A stretch of DNA of 64,000 bases from Lytechinus pictus (taxonomy: Eukaryota): contig NC_087256.1 of assembly GCF_037042905.1 (NCBI RefSeq), positions 21,266,001-21,330,000 of the forward strand. The letters are read 5' to 3'. Positions 14,538 to 28,216 of the stretch are shown here, piece by piece (within the stretch, counting starts at the first letter, position 1; every line of letters starts with the position of its first letter). The notes below the pieces were generated by a model. The model ran no database searches, was not told the origin of the DNA, and saw only the letters and a list, made by a program, of their open reading frames with translations. The position numbers and the translations under genes are program-made.

Positions 14538-17269
14538 CTGTCCTAGGAAATATCCATGCTAGGCTTTCCAAGCTTTGCTCAATAGTCTGTCTCCTGGGTA
14601 AAATATGGTATTATTATTATTGTAAATTGACATTAATTGACATGAATATGCGTCTTTGGAATTGAAGATAAAACATCAACAAAATTTAACTTCATGAAAT
14701 ACCATTGCCTTTCATGAGCTTGAACTTTGAAATGAAACAAAAATAATATTCTACACAATATCTATTCTGATCCTTACACATGTATTGACTAGGCTACAAC
14801 ATGGCACTGTGCCAAACGGATGGAATCTAAAGTTTTCCTTTTAATAGGTCTTTGACACACAATGCCAACTATTGGATATTACCCAAATCCAGAAAGAATA
14901 TCTCTGTATCCACAACAGACTTGTAAGACCAACGTCTCCTGAGACTAGGTGCATCCTCTAGAGCTTCCCTTTCACCGGTGACACCTCTCCAAATCAAAAA
15001 TAGATAATGATTTCCTATATGTGTCGGCTTTGTGAAGGGCCGAAGTTTACAGGAACAAGACAGCGTTGTTGGGAACCATCAGCCTTTTGGGGCGTCTTTG
15101 CTTTATACCATTTGAATGAAGCAGGGAGGGCTGGGACCGAAGGCGGTTTCTATCCTGGATACATGCTGGGGGATAGGGTTTCTATACTTTCTATCAGATC
15201 CATTATCGTCTCACGTCAGCACAGAGTAAACAAACGCTTAACAAAATGAGATAGGTAGAATGGGATGAAGATAGCAAATAGTCGGAATTAAAGAGATGAC
15301 TGAGAAGGTGATTTAATCTGTAATGGATACAATTTGCCCAACTGCTCCTAAGGGGGGGGGGGTGAAATCACAGTCTTTTCATTTTATATCTGAAATAGTG
15401 CAGATTTAAGCAGAAAAAAATCATTTAGAAGTACAAAACTCATTAATCAAAAGGCTTTGTTGAGTGGCGCTTTTTGGGTCAGTGGCTCTAGCATCAGTTG
15501 CATGAACTGTTAGATAAACAATCTGGTTGGGGGTTTCAGTAGTAATTGTTCGAGTGGTGGACTAGGCAGCGGTGATTGTACATTCGAATGGTGTTTTTGC
15601 AGTTTGCTGGTATCCTATCTGTTTTCTTTTTTCTGTATGTTTTAATTTGATTTGTATTATGTCATATTGGTGATGCCCAGCCTACAAGTTCTTTTGAAAA
15701 CTTCTGGGGGCTCCTAATCCCATGTTTATTTATCTAAATATGCATATTTTTTAATTTTAGGACTGATTGAAATAAGTTTGAATTGAATCAAATTGAAATT
15801 GAAAATGTATTAGAATGAAAAATGTACATGAAAATTTAAAAGAATGAAAAATAGTACCGCTTCACACTTCATATGGACAATGAGAAAATGCAGCAATGTA
15901 TACTACATGTACATGGATTCGAGGCTGGAAGAACCAGCGTCAAACCCTAGTTTCTGCTTTGACAAGTTCATAGAAAAGGTGTCATATTAAAGCAGGACTT
16001 AAACTTGGATTTGAGGAAATTTAATAGCCAGTAATTGGAGCTAATCTTTTTCCATAGAGCTGTCTGGAAGCCACAGTCGGCGTGTGGGCCTCGGTAGAAC
16101 TCATTCATCAGGCCATTCACGGGGCAAGAAGAACAAAAAATTGATTTAGGCTAACATCACTCCAAAAAATCTGAAAATACCCACAAGGAAATTCCTGGCG
16201 ACAAAAGAACCTAGAATCAGCAAATGGGTCTATTTTGGTTTTGCATAATTGCATGGAATTGCCTCCAGTGCGCTATTCAGGACAATACAAATAAGAAAAG
16301 AAAAAAGAACCATGAAGAAAAAAAAAGGCTCTGAAAAAGTGCTCCATGCGCTCACTCGCTTGCCATCCACCCGCCCTCTCCCATTAGCTGCAGGACGTCA
16401 GCATGCTGCTACTCAGAACTCATTCACGACCCTTCACGATCCACAGCCCAACAATCAAACGCAATTTAAGACATTGAAAAAATACAAGAAAAACAACCAG
16501 CAGTAGCATTGTGGGCTTGAATGAGCAATTTTCATTCTTTTTTTTCCTTTTTTTTTTACAAATGATCGTCGGGGAAAGGAGGAACATTCTTCGATAATGA
16601 TGGATGATGGGGGTTATGCTGCCGTTTGTGTTGATTTCCGCTCCGTGTGAGGGAACATTTGGAATAACCGACACCCTTTTTTACCCCGCAGTTCACAGTC
16701 CTTGGTAACAATTTACTATATCTAAATCTGTGTCTGTTTAAATGTGGTGACAGATTACTATTCAATCAAAATGTAATGATGAAAAAGTACCAAAAAAAAG
16801 CAAATTATACAGTATATGGACCCTTCTGGTTGAGAAGCAAGTAGTCAAGTTTGAATAAATACCTAAAAAGATCAAATTAAAATGTGAAATTAAGACTAGG
16901 CCAGATTTCATTTGGATCCATTTGGGTTTTAGTTTGACTTCTTTTCTACACCACATTGTCAGGATTGTCGTTTGATAAGAAAGCACTACATAATTACTTT
17001 CACTGTGCTTGATCTGAAAAAAAGAAATCAAGCATTGAATTATGGAAAGTTAGCACAAGAGTAGTCCTTCACATAGGGATGTTAACTTGGAGTCCACACA
17101 AAAACATATATCACTAGGGAAAAAATTAACAAATTTGTATAATAATGATAATGGAAAGAAAAATCATAAATTAATATTAGTTTCCCTTTGATTGAATTGT
17201 TGTTTTCGCTGAATATAAGTCATACATTGTGGTTTAATGAAATTAATCATTCAAAAAATGCTCTATGAT

Positions 17270-17406
17270 CATCGCTATGCATTGTGTTGCAAGGGGCTTA
17301 TAGAGTATAATTCATTCATTCATTCATTCACTCATTTGTTCATCCCTCCATTCATCCATTCGCTTGTTCATTCATTCAATCATTCATTTATCAATTCCCC
17401 CATTCG
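17270..17406. repeat. (TTCA)n degenerate microsatellite running into the assembly gap
   Basis: Directly visible. Confidence 0.9.
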
Positions 17407-17559
17407 NNNNNNNNNNNNNNNNNNNNNNNNNNNNNNNNNNNNNNNNNNNNNNNNNNNNNNNNNNNNNNNNNNNNNNNNNNNNNNNNNNNNNNNNNNNNNN
17501 NNNNNNNNNNNNNNNNNNNNNNNNNNNNNNNNNNNNNNNNNNNNNNNNNNNNNNNNNNN
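17407..17559. other. Assembly gap (153 N)
   Basis: Run of N. Confidence 1.
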
Positions 17560-18831
17560 TACAAACATGAGCAATCGGGTAATAGGGTCAACAATAAATA
17601 ATAACAAAGTCATTTTTTGAGCAAGGGACAAAGCTCTACTTCCGCAAATGAAAGGGAAACCATTTTAATTCCTAAAGTGGAGGAAGTTGCTGAAAGTTAA
17701 CTGCAGAATGAACTCTTATATTGTGTTTTCAATCAAGTCATTTAAAGATGAATGTGCATCTTTGAATTGATGAACGGGCATCGGGTTTCATGATGCTTTG
17801 ATTTTATTGTCAGGTTTCATCATTAAAATGAAGCCTATAGGAAGATTATTATTCAAATCCCCCATTGGGTTACTTCTTTCCGTTTTGGTGGATGAATGGC
17901 CGGGAAGGGGCAACTTTCTGCCCTTTTATTCCACATTCATTGAAATGTACTAGCATCAAGGCCCCCCCCCCCCTAAAAAAAAAAATTATAACTTTGTTCT
18001 CCTCTGTTTCATTAACAAAAATCTAGGCTGATTTATTCATGTTTGAAGAGATCAAATTGATAGTATCATTTAATTGTGTTTACTTAATAATTAATTAACA
18101 AAGTTGCTCATATTTGTCTTATTATTATTAATTAAAATCAAAACAAATTCATTTTTATTCAAAGAGGTTAAATCATAGATTTTTAATATTAAAAAAAAAA
18201 ATTACCAATGCTTCTATTTGAATAGGGTAGACCATAGACCTTTATCTACTCTTTCTAACATTTAATTTATTACTATTAGTAAAAATTTTAATTCGAATAG
18301 TAGGCTCAAATCAATTCTCAAACATTATTTCAGTCTTGACAAACTAATGATTCAAAATTAAAATAAAACTAAAGATCTACTCTAAATAGGCCTACTGATC
18401 AGCAAATACATTCCATTAAAAAAGTCTACAGGTCTAAAACTGTAGGATGGGTAACTTTTTTTTTCATGGTTATCAAAACCAAAATTTCAGGTCACATTTT
18501 CTCCCATGTAATGAACTTCATGCCAGTCTCTTGTTTGAACACAGGTTTCTATAATTTAATGAGAATTTATGTATTTCAATAATTTCATCAGAAAGAAAAT
18601 AGAAGCAATGTGTAAAATCTCTATTTAATACTTAAATATTTTGAAAGCAGTTTTTTTTTACATTATAAAAATACAGGACAGGCGCATTATCCATTTTGAC
18701 TAACATCATATAGGCCTACCACTTTCAAAATGATGAAAAATGGCATAAAATTGTTTCAGTACTTGTGATTGGAGCAATGCGATTGTTTTTAATCAACAAA
18801 TCTCATGTTAACTTCCAATGGTATGTCTTAC

Positions 18832-18919
18832 CTTGTTCTGCAAGGGTAGTACTCCTTGTTGTGAAAATACTGATAAGGAACAGGACTAGCGCTGAGTTCA
18901 AAGACATTCTTGACTCCAT
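18832..18919 (-). CDS. First coding exon of a secreted or membrane protein (signal peptide), possibly an Eph-family receptor
   Basis: acaATGG Kozak context; MESRMSLNSALVLFLISIFTTRSTTLAEQ plus 1 nt (basic residue, hydrophobic core, T-L-A cleavage-like site), then the consensus donor AG|GTAAGA in phase 1. Confidence 0.7.
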
Positions 18920-19619
18920 TGTAAAGATATGTTTATAAGTATCCAAAGTTAGACCAAATAAAGACCGGATCCCTAGTATCCAATCTCAAAACACAGCAAA
19001 TTAGATGAAAAAGTACTCTTGGCAAAGAATAAATTCAATAAGATTAATACAAGAATAAGCTTTCCCTCGCCTACGAAGTAAGATCCAGGTGGTTTTAACT
19101 GTCGGATCCGCTCCCACAGAATTAGATCGTTTGAGATGGATTACAAAGCTGTTCTAATTAATATCATCCTTGTAGCAATGCGGCATAATCATTGGTGTAG
19201 ATTCCACAGTTGATGCGGATTCCTCAGCGATGTCAACTTGATGGAGGAATGTGATGAGAGAGCTTCCCAGCCTTGAATTACGAAGTAGTTCTTGATCAGA
19301 AGATAGTCTGATCCAACATGTCCTTGCTGAAGAGATTTACAATCCAAACATTAAATTAACACCTGGTTGCTGGTTACCTCTCCCACAGGTCTTTATGGTT
19401 CCATAAAAGAAGACAACTGGTTGTTGCCGATATCTGCTTCCTTCTTTTACCCACAGTATATATCCTTAGAGATTCAAACAATTTCCAGGCTAAACATAAA
19501 GGAATGATTTTCCTTTAGCGTGTTGATGAAAGAATGTGATGCTGGAATCATAAATATTGTTAATAATTCCACTTGTCAAGAGTTGAACATCATCTTCTTC
19601 TTCTGTTGATACTTGGGTG

Positions 19620-19870
19620 AAAAGTGCAGTGTGCTCGATCAAGTGAGCTTTCCAGACCCCAGTGTTTGAACTCGTTATGCAGTCATGCTAAACTAACACA
19701 CGCATGTCTCATTGTACACACTTGGGTTGATGCTTACTCAACCAATGCACTCTCCATGCATGCTGGCCAACACACTGTGACTGACACATCACTCCTGGCC
19801 AATCGCCAGCCAGCTGCATGCTCGGCTCCGCCCACAGAAGGCTTATTTGGTGGTGGAGTGATTGACTTGT
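19620..19870 (-). promoter_or_regulatory. Putative promoter of the signal-peptide gene (putative 5' UTR about 18920-19630)
   Basis: Locally GC-richer, non-repetitive segment with CCAAT boxes (~19742, ~19799) and a GC-box-like CCGCCC (~19828), about 0.7 kb upstream of the ATG. Confidence 0.4.
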
Positions 19871-20326
19871 TTTATAGGGGTGGTTAGGATAATTACTTGT
19901 ACAGGAGTTTCCTTTTCTTCCTTTCTGTGTGTAGTTGACACTAATTGCTGTCTCCACAAATTATCAATTGTGTCACTGAGAGAAGTTTTTGGACCCTATC
20001 AATAATGGAAGAATCAATCAAAACTTTACTTTGTCAATGAGAACTGCCTAGGATTATTTTCCAAGTATTTCACTTCTCTGAATAAAGTCAATTAGATTTA
20101 TTTATTGGCTGTATTGCACCCACTCATTACTTTGGAGTGGTTTATTTTTCTTGCTGAAATATTTGAAGAGGTGTTCAGAATTGTTAAAAAAGTAAAGTCT
20201 GAGTCTCAATATGAAAATTTATGTATGAAAGATTCTACATGCATGAAATTGTAACCAAACAAGCATCAAAATCATAATTGCAATTTACTAAGATAAAAAG
20301 CAATACATTTGTAATATTTTGTTATC

Positions 20327-20917
20327 TTAAAGGAGAATGAAACTCTTGGAGCAAGTTAGCTTTTGTGAAAGCAGAAAAATCAAAGAATATGATCAACAAA
20401 ACTTTGAGAAAAATTGGACTAGCAATAAAATAGTTATGAGCATTTGAATGTCGAGATCACTAATGCTATGGAGATCCTCCTATTGGCAATGCGACCAAGA
20501 TCTGTGATGTCACACACGTACAACTCTCCCATTTGGACACTGAAAATATACCCCAAAACATCTCTTTTTGCTCATTCTAATCATATGACAAACGATTCAT
20601 CAATGATATAATGTTGTGAAACCTCTTTGCTTGTCATCTCATAAAGAGAACACCTCACCATGTGATAGACTCTATAAAAGTGAGAATATAAGTCAAATAA
20701 GTACTAAAGTAATGAGGGAGTTGTACGTGTGTGATATCACAGATCTTGGTCGCATTGCCGATGGGAGGATCTATATGGCACTAGTGATCTCAATATTCAA
20801 ATGCTCATAACTTTCTTATTATTCATTCAATCTTCCTCAAACTTTCAACAATATGTTTCTTTGATTTTTCTCTTTGATATGGATTCAGCTGGTTTCAAGG
20901 GTTTCAGTCTCCTTTAA
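20327..20917 (-). mobile_element. TTAA-flanked MITE family B, copy 2 (inverted)
   Basis: Reverse complement of 5681-6275; explains the duplicated 64-aa ORFs in the track. Confidence 0.9.
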
Positions 20918-21109
20918 TACTTGTATTTGATTACAGGAATTTTTTCGGCTGTTTAGTGACTGAATTGAAAAGAATCAGAAAGTAGGAGCATGAAAATATT
21001 CTGCCTATATGATGGTGGTGGTTATATATCCTGATTGCTATGAAAGCATAGATGCTTGTTAAGTAACCAACCGGAGGACTGATGGCTTCAGGTCCTCTCT
21101 GAGAGACCT

Positions 21110-21431
21110 GGATCCCTAACACAAAGTATTAGTGATTATTAATCGTATGCTTGAATTTCACGATTGATAGTATATTGTAGTCACTGGAATCAATCATGGA
21201 AAAATGTTCTACGATCATTGCCAAGCTTTGTGTTAGGGGCCCCCGGTGGGTGTTTCATAAAGCTGTTTGAACGAGCGACTTTACGACGACTTTATGAATG
21301 ATTGGTGATCCTTTCTGGTGGTAAATGATATACTGCAAATTTTCATTGCTGTTGATTTAGCTTCTAAGAGAGGATCACCAGTCATTCTTAAAGTCGCTTG
21401 TAACTTCCAGACAGCTTAAAGAAAAACCCAC
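21110..21431. mobile_element. Two abutting palindromic MITEs (21110-21243, and family D at 21246-21431)
   Basis: CCCTAACACAAAG...CTTTGTGTTAGGG immediately followed by GGTGGGTGTTTCATAAAGCTG...AACCCACC. Confidence 0.7.
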
Positions 21432-23118
21432 CTGGTAATGACGATACAGGCCTTAGCGAAGAGCAGTAATGACTAAAAAAAAATTGCAAAACCACCACTC
21501 TACTAATAGAACTAGCATGCCTCCTTACATAGGAAGTCACATTTGCAGTTTACAGTGATTAAAATAACGATGGAATGAAAACTAATTGCAATTTTCATCT
21601 ACTATTCTTATTTTTTAATGTCTTCAGTTGCTTAGTAACTCAAATTAGAAAAAAAATCAAGATTGAAAGGTACTCTTCAAGGACACCATACCAAAGTAGA
21701 CCTGCAAGAAAAATCTCTTAACGCCAAATCCATGCAAGTAAAAAATTTCATAACTGAAAAACAACCCCCCAAAAAGAAAATCAGATGGAGAGATACTCTT
21801 CAAAGACACCTTATAAATTAGACAGTATAAAAAAGCTCTTGACACAAAAACCAGGAATGTAAAAAAATGAATCATCTCCTAGCAAACATGCACAGCATTC
21901 GATACCAAAGCCTCCACCACCTAAACCACCGTTATCCTAAACAACCCCCAAGAATCACCGACAAGACTTGAAGAATGCCGCGAGGATCTCGGCTAACGAG
22001 ACATGACGAGCCGCAAAGATGATGGTTTTCACAAGGCAGGGGAATGGCGTTCCCATCTTGAGGCTCGGCCGATGTTCTTGTTGCATAATGGGACACCTGC
22101 GTGTGTCATCCTGTGTCATCACGTGTCATCGTTGGAGGTTTATTCGATGATTAATAGAACATGGAAACCAGATGGTGATAGTTGGTCGTGGAGAGGTAAC
22201 ACACTATAGAGTTCACTCCCAGACAGTCATAATCAAAATATTGAGATGGTATCGTGCGGTATGATGTATTAGAATGTGTATCCAGTCGTATGGCTGATGC
22301 ATGAATATGAATCATTGTATGCTAATATAGCATACAGTGGTTCATTAATGGGACACTCAAAAGTTGATGAAGAATTACGCAATTGAAACTCAAAGGTATA
22401 ATTCTTTCCTAATTGTTCCTTGCAATGTCTTTAACTGTTAAGCGAAGGTCCATTTAGACTTATGAATTTGAAATTTGATTTATTTATTTCATTCACATAC
22501 ACGTAGATGATCAAATGAAACAATGAATGATCAATTTTGAAACAAAATATATTAAAAGCGAAATTATTATTCAACACAATAGAATTGATGAATCCACATT
22601 CTAAATTTAATTCTGCAATCACTACCTAATATACTTCCAAGTGGTACCAACATATATCATCTCTCTTGATCATTTACATAATTTGTAATCTTGCTATTTA
22701 ATCCTTAATTAATTGTACGAATGTTCAAGATTGCCAGATCAGCACGCAAAGGGTTAATTATTTAGTCTGATTACTATATACATGTAGGTAAGATTGCCTA
22801 TTAAACTCAAATCTATTGGGACCCCAGAATCTGTTAGACTCAGAAGAGGTATATAACACGTTTTGTATGAAATTTGGTCTAAATAATTGCTTTGAATTGG
22901 GCAATCACTAAATTTATGGAAAGTGGACGTACATGTGTGTAAGTTTACATGTGTAATAATTTTATTATGTTTTTTTTTTTATAAAACCCACAATAATAAA
23001 AAGAATTGAAAAAAATTTACTGTTTTTAAACAACATATGATTCCTGATGCGGTGCATTAATATGAGTCACATTTGGCATGATTGCGTAAAATTGAAGATG
23101 GTGCAAAAGTGATGGTAA

Positions 23119-23283
23119 TACCTTGGTCACATTTGCTCTATGGCGGCCGTACGGCGAGTCGAAAACAGCCGTTTTAACATTTTATTTACAAGCTACATAT
23201 AGGTGATAATTTGTATAAAAATTAATAAAATGGCTGTTTTCGACTCGCCGTACAGCCGCCGTAGAGCAAATGTGACCGAGGTA
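23119..23283. mobile_element. Palindromic PIF/Harbinger (Tourist-like) MITE
   Basis: TAA|TACCTTGGTCACATTTGCTCTA...TAGAGCAAATGTGACCGAGGTA|TAA; about 58-bp near-perfect arms, 3-bp TAA TSD. Confidence 0.85.
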
Positions 23284-25294
23284 TAAATGATTATTAACAG
23301 CCTAACAGAAATGTCAATAATGCTTTTAAAAAATGCAAGCAAATTTTGCCCTGAAATTCAAACCACGATATATCACAGGCAATAACAAAGTCCATCGCGA
23401 GCAGCTTCCACGCTGGGTGCTTTTCTGCCCCGCCAAATACTTCTTGCGTTGGTTGGACATCCTCTATGACAAATATAAAGGTTATGAACCAGTTTGTATT
23501 TAGAAGGAATAAAACGGTGGAATTTCCTCTCGTTATATCCCCGCTGGTTCCAATTGATTAGGAGGAGATAGATGGGCAAGAGTCTTGCTGGGAAAGCAAT
23601 TTGCTCACTCCTCCGGACTACCATGTGTGATTTTTAACCAGCTACGCGATGACCCCATCAACCGTTTTCGTGAAATCGCATCCGAAGGTGGATGCAACGA
23701 AGTCCACTTTGTTGATGTCTTTATGAAAATTCATGAATAACAAATTATGATAGACATTTTGTTGCAGGGCTTAAGGGGGATTAAAAGGGATAGCAACAAA
23801 TATGTATGTTTCATTTGATTTGTTATCTTATATTATATCCTGCCAATAGTCATGTATAGTCAGCAATATTAATAAAGATGACTTAAAGAGAGTAGATGAA
23901 GACAAATGCAGGACTTCTGTAGGCAAATTATTAAATGCTAATACATGTAGTACCATGAAATCGATCCATTCGTCTGGTGTAGGGATAAAGCAAGATTAAT
24001 ATTGTGAAAAAAATGAGCGATAACATCCATTCTAGAATCATACTTTAATTTCAGATGATGGTAAGGAGGCTTGATTTAACATGAAAAAAAAATGACAGAA
24101 CTGTCTTTTTCTTTCATATTTCATAATCTTATCATCAATCTGTAGGTCAATTCTAAAGCAGAAACCCAACCATACAATCTGACCCTCGCATCAGGGAGTT
24201 CAACTAATGTTTTTCTAACCTCTTCTCAAATTTACTTTTCTTCTTCATCATTCCTAAACCACCAGGGGCATGACCTCCACCCAAAAATTATCTTGACCCC
24301 TTCGACTCTGAAATACAATATTTCAGCCCACCAAATTAAGTCCTTCTGTAGATCAGTAACAGAAAATTACACACAAGAGGGATTCTAGAGAGAAAATATC
24401 CATAAGGGCTTGGGAATGATACTGTTTATTTGCCGATATAGTTCAGATACATCTCAAATGTAAGATGATGACCTTTTGTGTTGGTACACAAACACGTACC
24501 GCTCTCAGACAAGGATCGTTAGAGGGATATCAGAACCAGCGCCACACACATTTATTTGGTATTTTGGTGGAAGCCTTGCAATTTTGAGCATCCAATATCG
24601 ACAACCTCATTGGAAGCGATCCGCATTGGTTGGACTTGGAACCAGGGTGGGCAGATGCAAATGCAAGGATGGCCGGACGGAGCAGGGGGAAAATCATGGC
24701 CATCAGAGGTGACGTGTCGTGATGGTGCGACCGCGGACAGATTGCGGCGCTGGGCGTAATGAGCATTCACAGTCGGTAATAGCCTGAAGAACAGGTGAAA
24801 TAAACAGAGACCAGCATGACAGACTACGGTTGCCACGTCCTATCCCAGTTAGCAGAAAAACCAAAGGTTTGACCAATAAAAGAGCAGAATAAAGACTTGT
24901 TTCGAAGGTCTTCTGGTCTGTCAAGTTTGATGAAATCAGAAAGTTGATTGCATTGACATGTTGTGCTCATCCCATTATTACTGTTTTGAATTTGGGCACT
25001 TATTATGCCAAATGACATTAATCAACATTGCCTCAACGCTCCTCAAATTTCAATGCAGTTGATCTGATTCCACACCAAATACTCATGATTTAACAGTGAC
25101 ATTTGGAACTTTTGATTGCTTTTCTGGTTGAGCGATTTCAATGATGGTTTCATTAAGTAATGAAAAAGACATATAGAATAATATTTTTTTTAATTTAAAG
25201 AAGTGTGGAACTTTATATCATCTATACATCTGGGCTTAATACCAAAGCTATAACAAACCAATCTATATGCTAGTTTTTAAGCACTGTACAACAT

Positions 25295-25515
25295 TACGAA
25301 CCTATTGAGATCTTTAAGAAATATGCATTCATATCTTGTAAACATTTTTTTTTCAAGAAATGTTAAAATGTTCCATAGATTGTTGCTTGTAAGCAAAAAC
25401 ATTAACAGCAAAATGCACATTTCCACAGTACGAGCCTATTGAAATTTTCAAGAAAAATTATAGGCATTCATATCTTGTAAACATTCTTTTATAAAGAAAT
25501 GGAATACTGTTCCTT
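25295..25515. repeat. Local direct duplication
   Basis: ACGA.CCTATTGA.AT.TT.AAGAAA...GCATTCATATCTTGTAAACATT occurs twice. Confidence 0.65.
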
Positions 25516-27395
25516 GAAATGATCAACTAGACAATTAAAGTTGGAGGTTAAATTTGAATTGGCTCTTCCTATACAGCGCTGCGGTACTTTCTCTTGTGGC
25601 TAAACGTTTTGCTTGATGCCAGCAGGACCATGTTTACTTTTCCTCCGGGCTACTTGGGGTTTCTTGGAGGGGTAACACACATCAATTTTCGGAAAGAGTC
25701 CGGAGAGCAAGGAGTCAAGATCTAGGGAGTATTGCATCCAACACCTTGTCAGTGATTCCCCCTCACAAGACTTATCAACTACTGGAAGGATTCAAGATTG
25801 AGGTGGGGGGGGGGGGGGTCATGAAGCATCTTCTCAGTGATTCCCAGACTCAATAGTTATAAGCTACTGAAATCCTCGTATTTGATTGGCCAAGAGCAAG
25901 TTTGTAAGTGAAAATTACCATCATGAAACTCATGAAAGACTCCCTTCAAATGTTTCTGGCAAAGGATTTTCATTTAACACATAAAACTATGTCAACCCTT
26001 TGAGCTATGTTTTATCACTACATATTCTTAATTCAATTGAAAAGTTCAAATCCAAGTAAAACTATCAAATGCAAGGACACTTTTCTGATTAAAAGTATAT
26101 ACTGCTCCAAGATAATAGACAAAGCTGAGCTCGAGTGTGGGCTGATAAAACAAAATGAACTTGTACAATATATATTTTTTTCTTAAAGAGCAAATTCATC
26201 AAAGAATAAATTGTCATAAATATCTGTCAAAACTTGATTCAATGGTAAAGTATTGAAGATGAAAACAATTCACTCGATCTACTCTGTCCTGCCTCAAACC
26301 TATCAAAATACAGGGTTTGATGTTTGGTTTCTAGATGAAAGAAAACTTAATTCTTACCTTTAGAATGAATACTGATTCTTCTGTTAATAATGTCTTTCTT
26401 TCTTTCGCATTGGCAGTTGTTTGCTCTGCATACTGAAATGATTTTAAAAGGAGTAATGATGATGATTACATTTGTTTTTCCTAAGAGCTGTCAATAGCTA
26501 TCGCTCTAAGAGTACAGACGATACCTTATATAATTTCAAAATTGTGGTGATAGAAGACCGTGGATGGAAGGATTTCTCTCACGCTTGAAATAAAATAAGT
26601 ATCAAATTAAAAAATGTCTGTAATCACTTTGATTGCCTATTTCATAAGGACTGAAGCAGTCTTGATTTTCGCTTTACCTACAACTTCACAATATTCTTTT
26701 GCTTAAAATCAGTGCGTCAACTTTTACCTTCATCACACAGCAATTTATTATCGACTATCGATGTTGATTTTCCAGTGTAAGCCCCCATTTACTGAAAAAA
26801 ATATCATCAACCTCCTTCCATTTGCAATATCCTTCTTCACATTAACGACATTTAGGAGTCTTGGTTCAGATTTTCATAACTCAAAATATGACCTAATAAA
26901 CTACTTATTCTATAAAAGCATAAATTCAATTAGCATAGTCCCCTTCTTTCATGTTATCATGCACATACATGTATGATAATGCCACATGTAAACTACATAA
27001 ATGACAAAATAACCAAAGGTGTTTCTAAAACGAGGGGGGAAAATCGTACTTTCATTACACCAATCTATCAATCGCTGCTAGAAATCGCACTTGATGATAA
27101 CGAGGATGGGGATACTTCTACGAGGGTGTCGTCCCGCCTTTGATACAAGTCAGTGATGCCCTTACTGCACTTTGCCTGACCCAGCGTTTAAACGGCCAGG
27201 CATCCATCGTATGTCCCGCTAGCTATTGACAAGGATCAGATGGTGATTTAGGCCCGGATTGTTCCCGGGTCGTCTTTTATCCCCTCAAAATTGCCCTTCC
27301 CATCTCTCTTCACTCTGGAATAACTTTGTAACAATATGCTTTACAGAGGGTTTGCAAGGAACAAGATGGTATCAGAGATGTGTAATATATATATA

Positions 27396-28216
27396 CAATG
27401 CGTCCCAAAAAAAACGAAACCGAAATTTAGCGATGATTTATCATACATTAATCACAAATACAATAGACAAATGACCTACCAATGTAAAGCTTAGAATCTC
27501 CTCTTTCATCTGATATTACTTAGATTATTCCTCATTCACGCATGAGTGAGCAAAAACAATTTGAAGAAAGGATACCAAAAACTAATTTGGCGGGGGGGTA
27601 TCTGAATTTCAAAAAGAAAATAACATGCCTAAAAAGTTCAATATCTGCTTATTTATTTGATACCTTATTCACAAAAAATGGTCAAGAAGTAAAAAAGTTA
27701 TGTTCCCTCGAAACGATACTTGTATTTCCATATTTTCATTAAATAAACGTGTTTTCACCGGTTTCCCAAAGAAGCTATCGAATGGTTAACAAAAGACTTA
27801 ATGCATGGCTGATCGTCAACAAAACGGAGTGTCGAGTGAGTTTGAACACTAGCCTGTAAAACCTCTTCATTTTGTAAAATTATTGAAATTCAAGCCTTAT
27901 TTCAAATAACAAGAACTTTCTTATTTCCTGACCATTTTCTGTAATTGAGGTATCAAATTAAAGAGCAGATATTGAACTTTTTGGAAATGTGGTTTTCCTT
28001 TTGAAACCCAGATACAGCCCGCCAAATGACTTTTTGGTATCCCCTCTTCAAATTGTTTTTGCTCACTCATGCCTGAATGAGAAATAATCTAAGTAATTTC
28101 ATATGAAAGAGGAGATTCTAAGTTTTAAAATGGTAGGTCATTTGTCTATTGTATTTGTGATTAAGTTATGATAAATCATCGATAAATCTCGGTTTCGTTT
28201 TTTGTGGGACGCACTG
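27396..28216. mobile_element. Tc1/mariner-type MITE with long TIRs, inserted in a (TA)n tract
   Basis: TA|CAATGCGTCCCAAAAAAAACGAAACCGA...TCGGTTTCGTTTTTTGTGGGACGCACTG|TA; arms complementary over about 300 bp. Confidence 0.9.

Noticed and set aside
13190-14940. Possible exon 2 of the signal-peptide gene (segments near 13194-13270 and 14892-14930)
   Set aside because: Weak acceptors, and the translations resemble neither an Eph ligand-binding domain nor any domain I recognise.
17237-17631. ORFs spanning the N gap
   Set aside because: Artefacts of the N run and the TTCA microsatellite.
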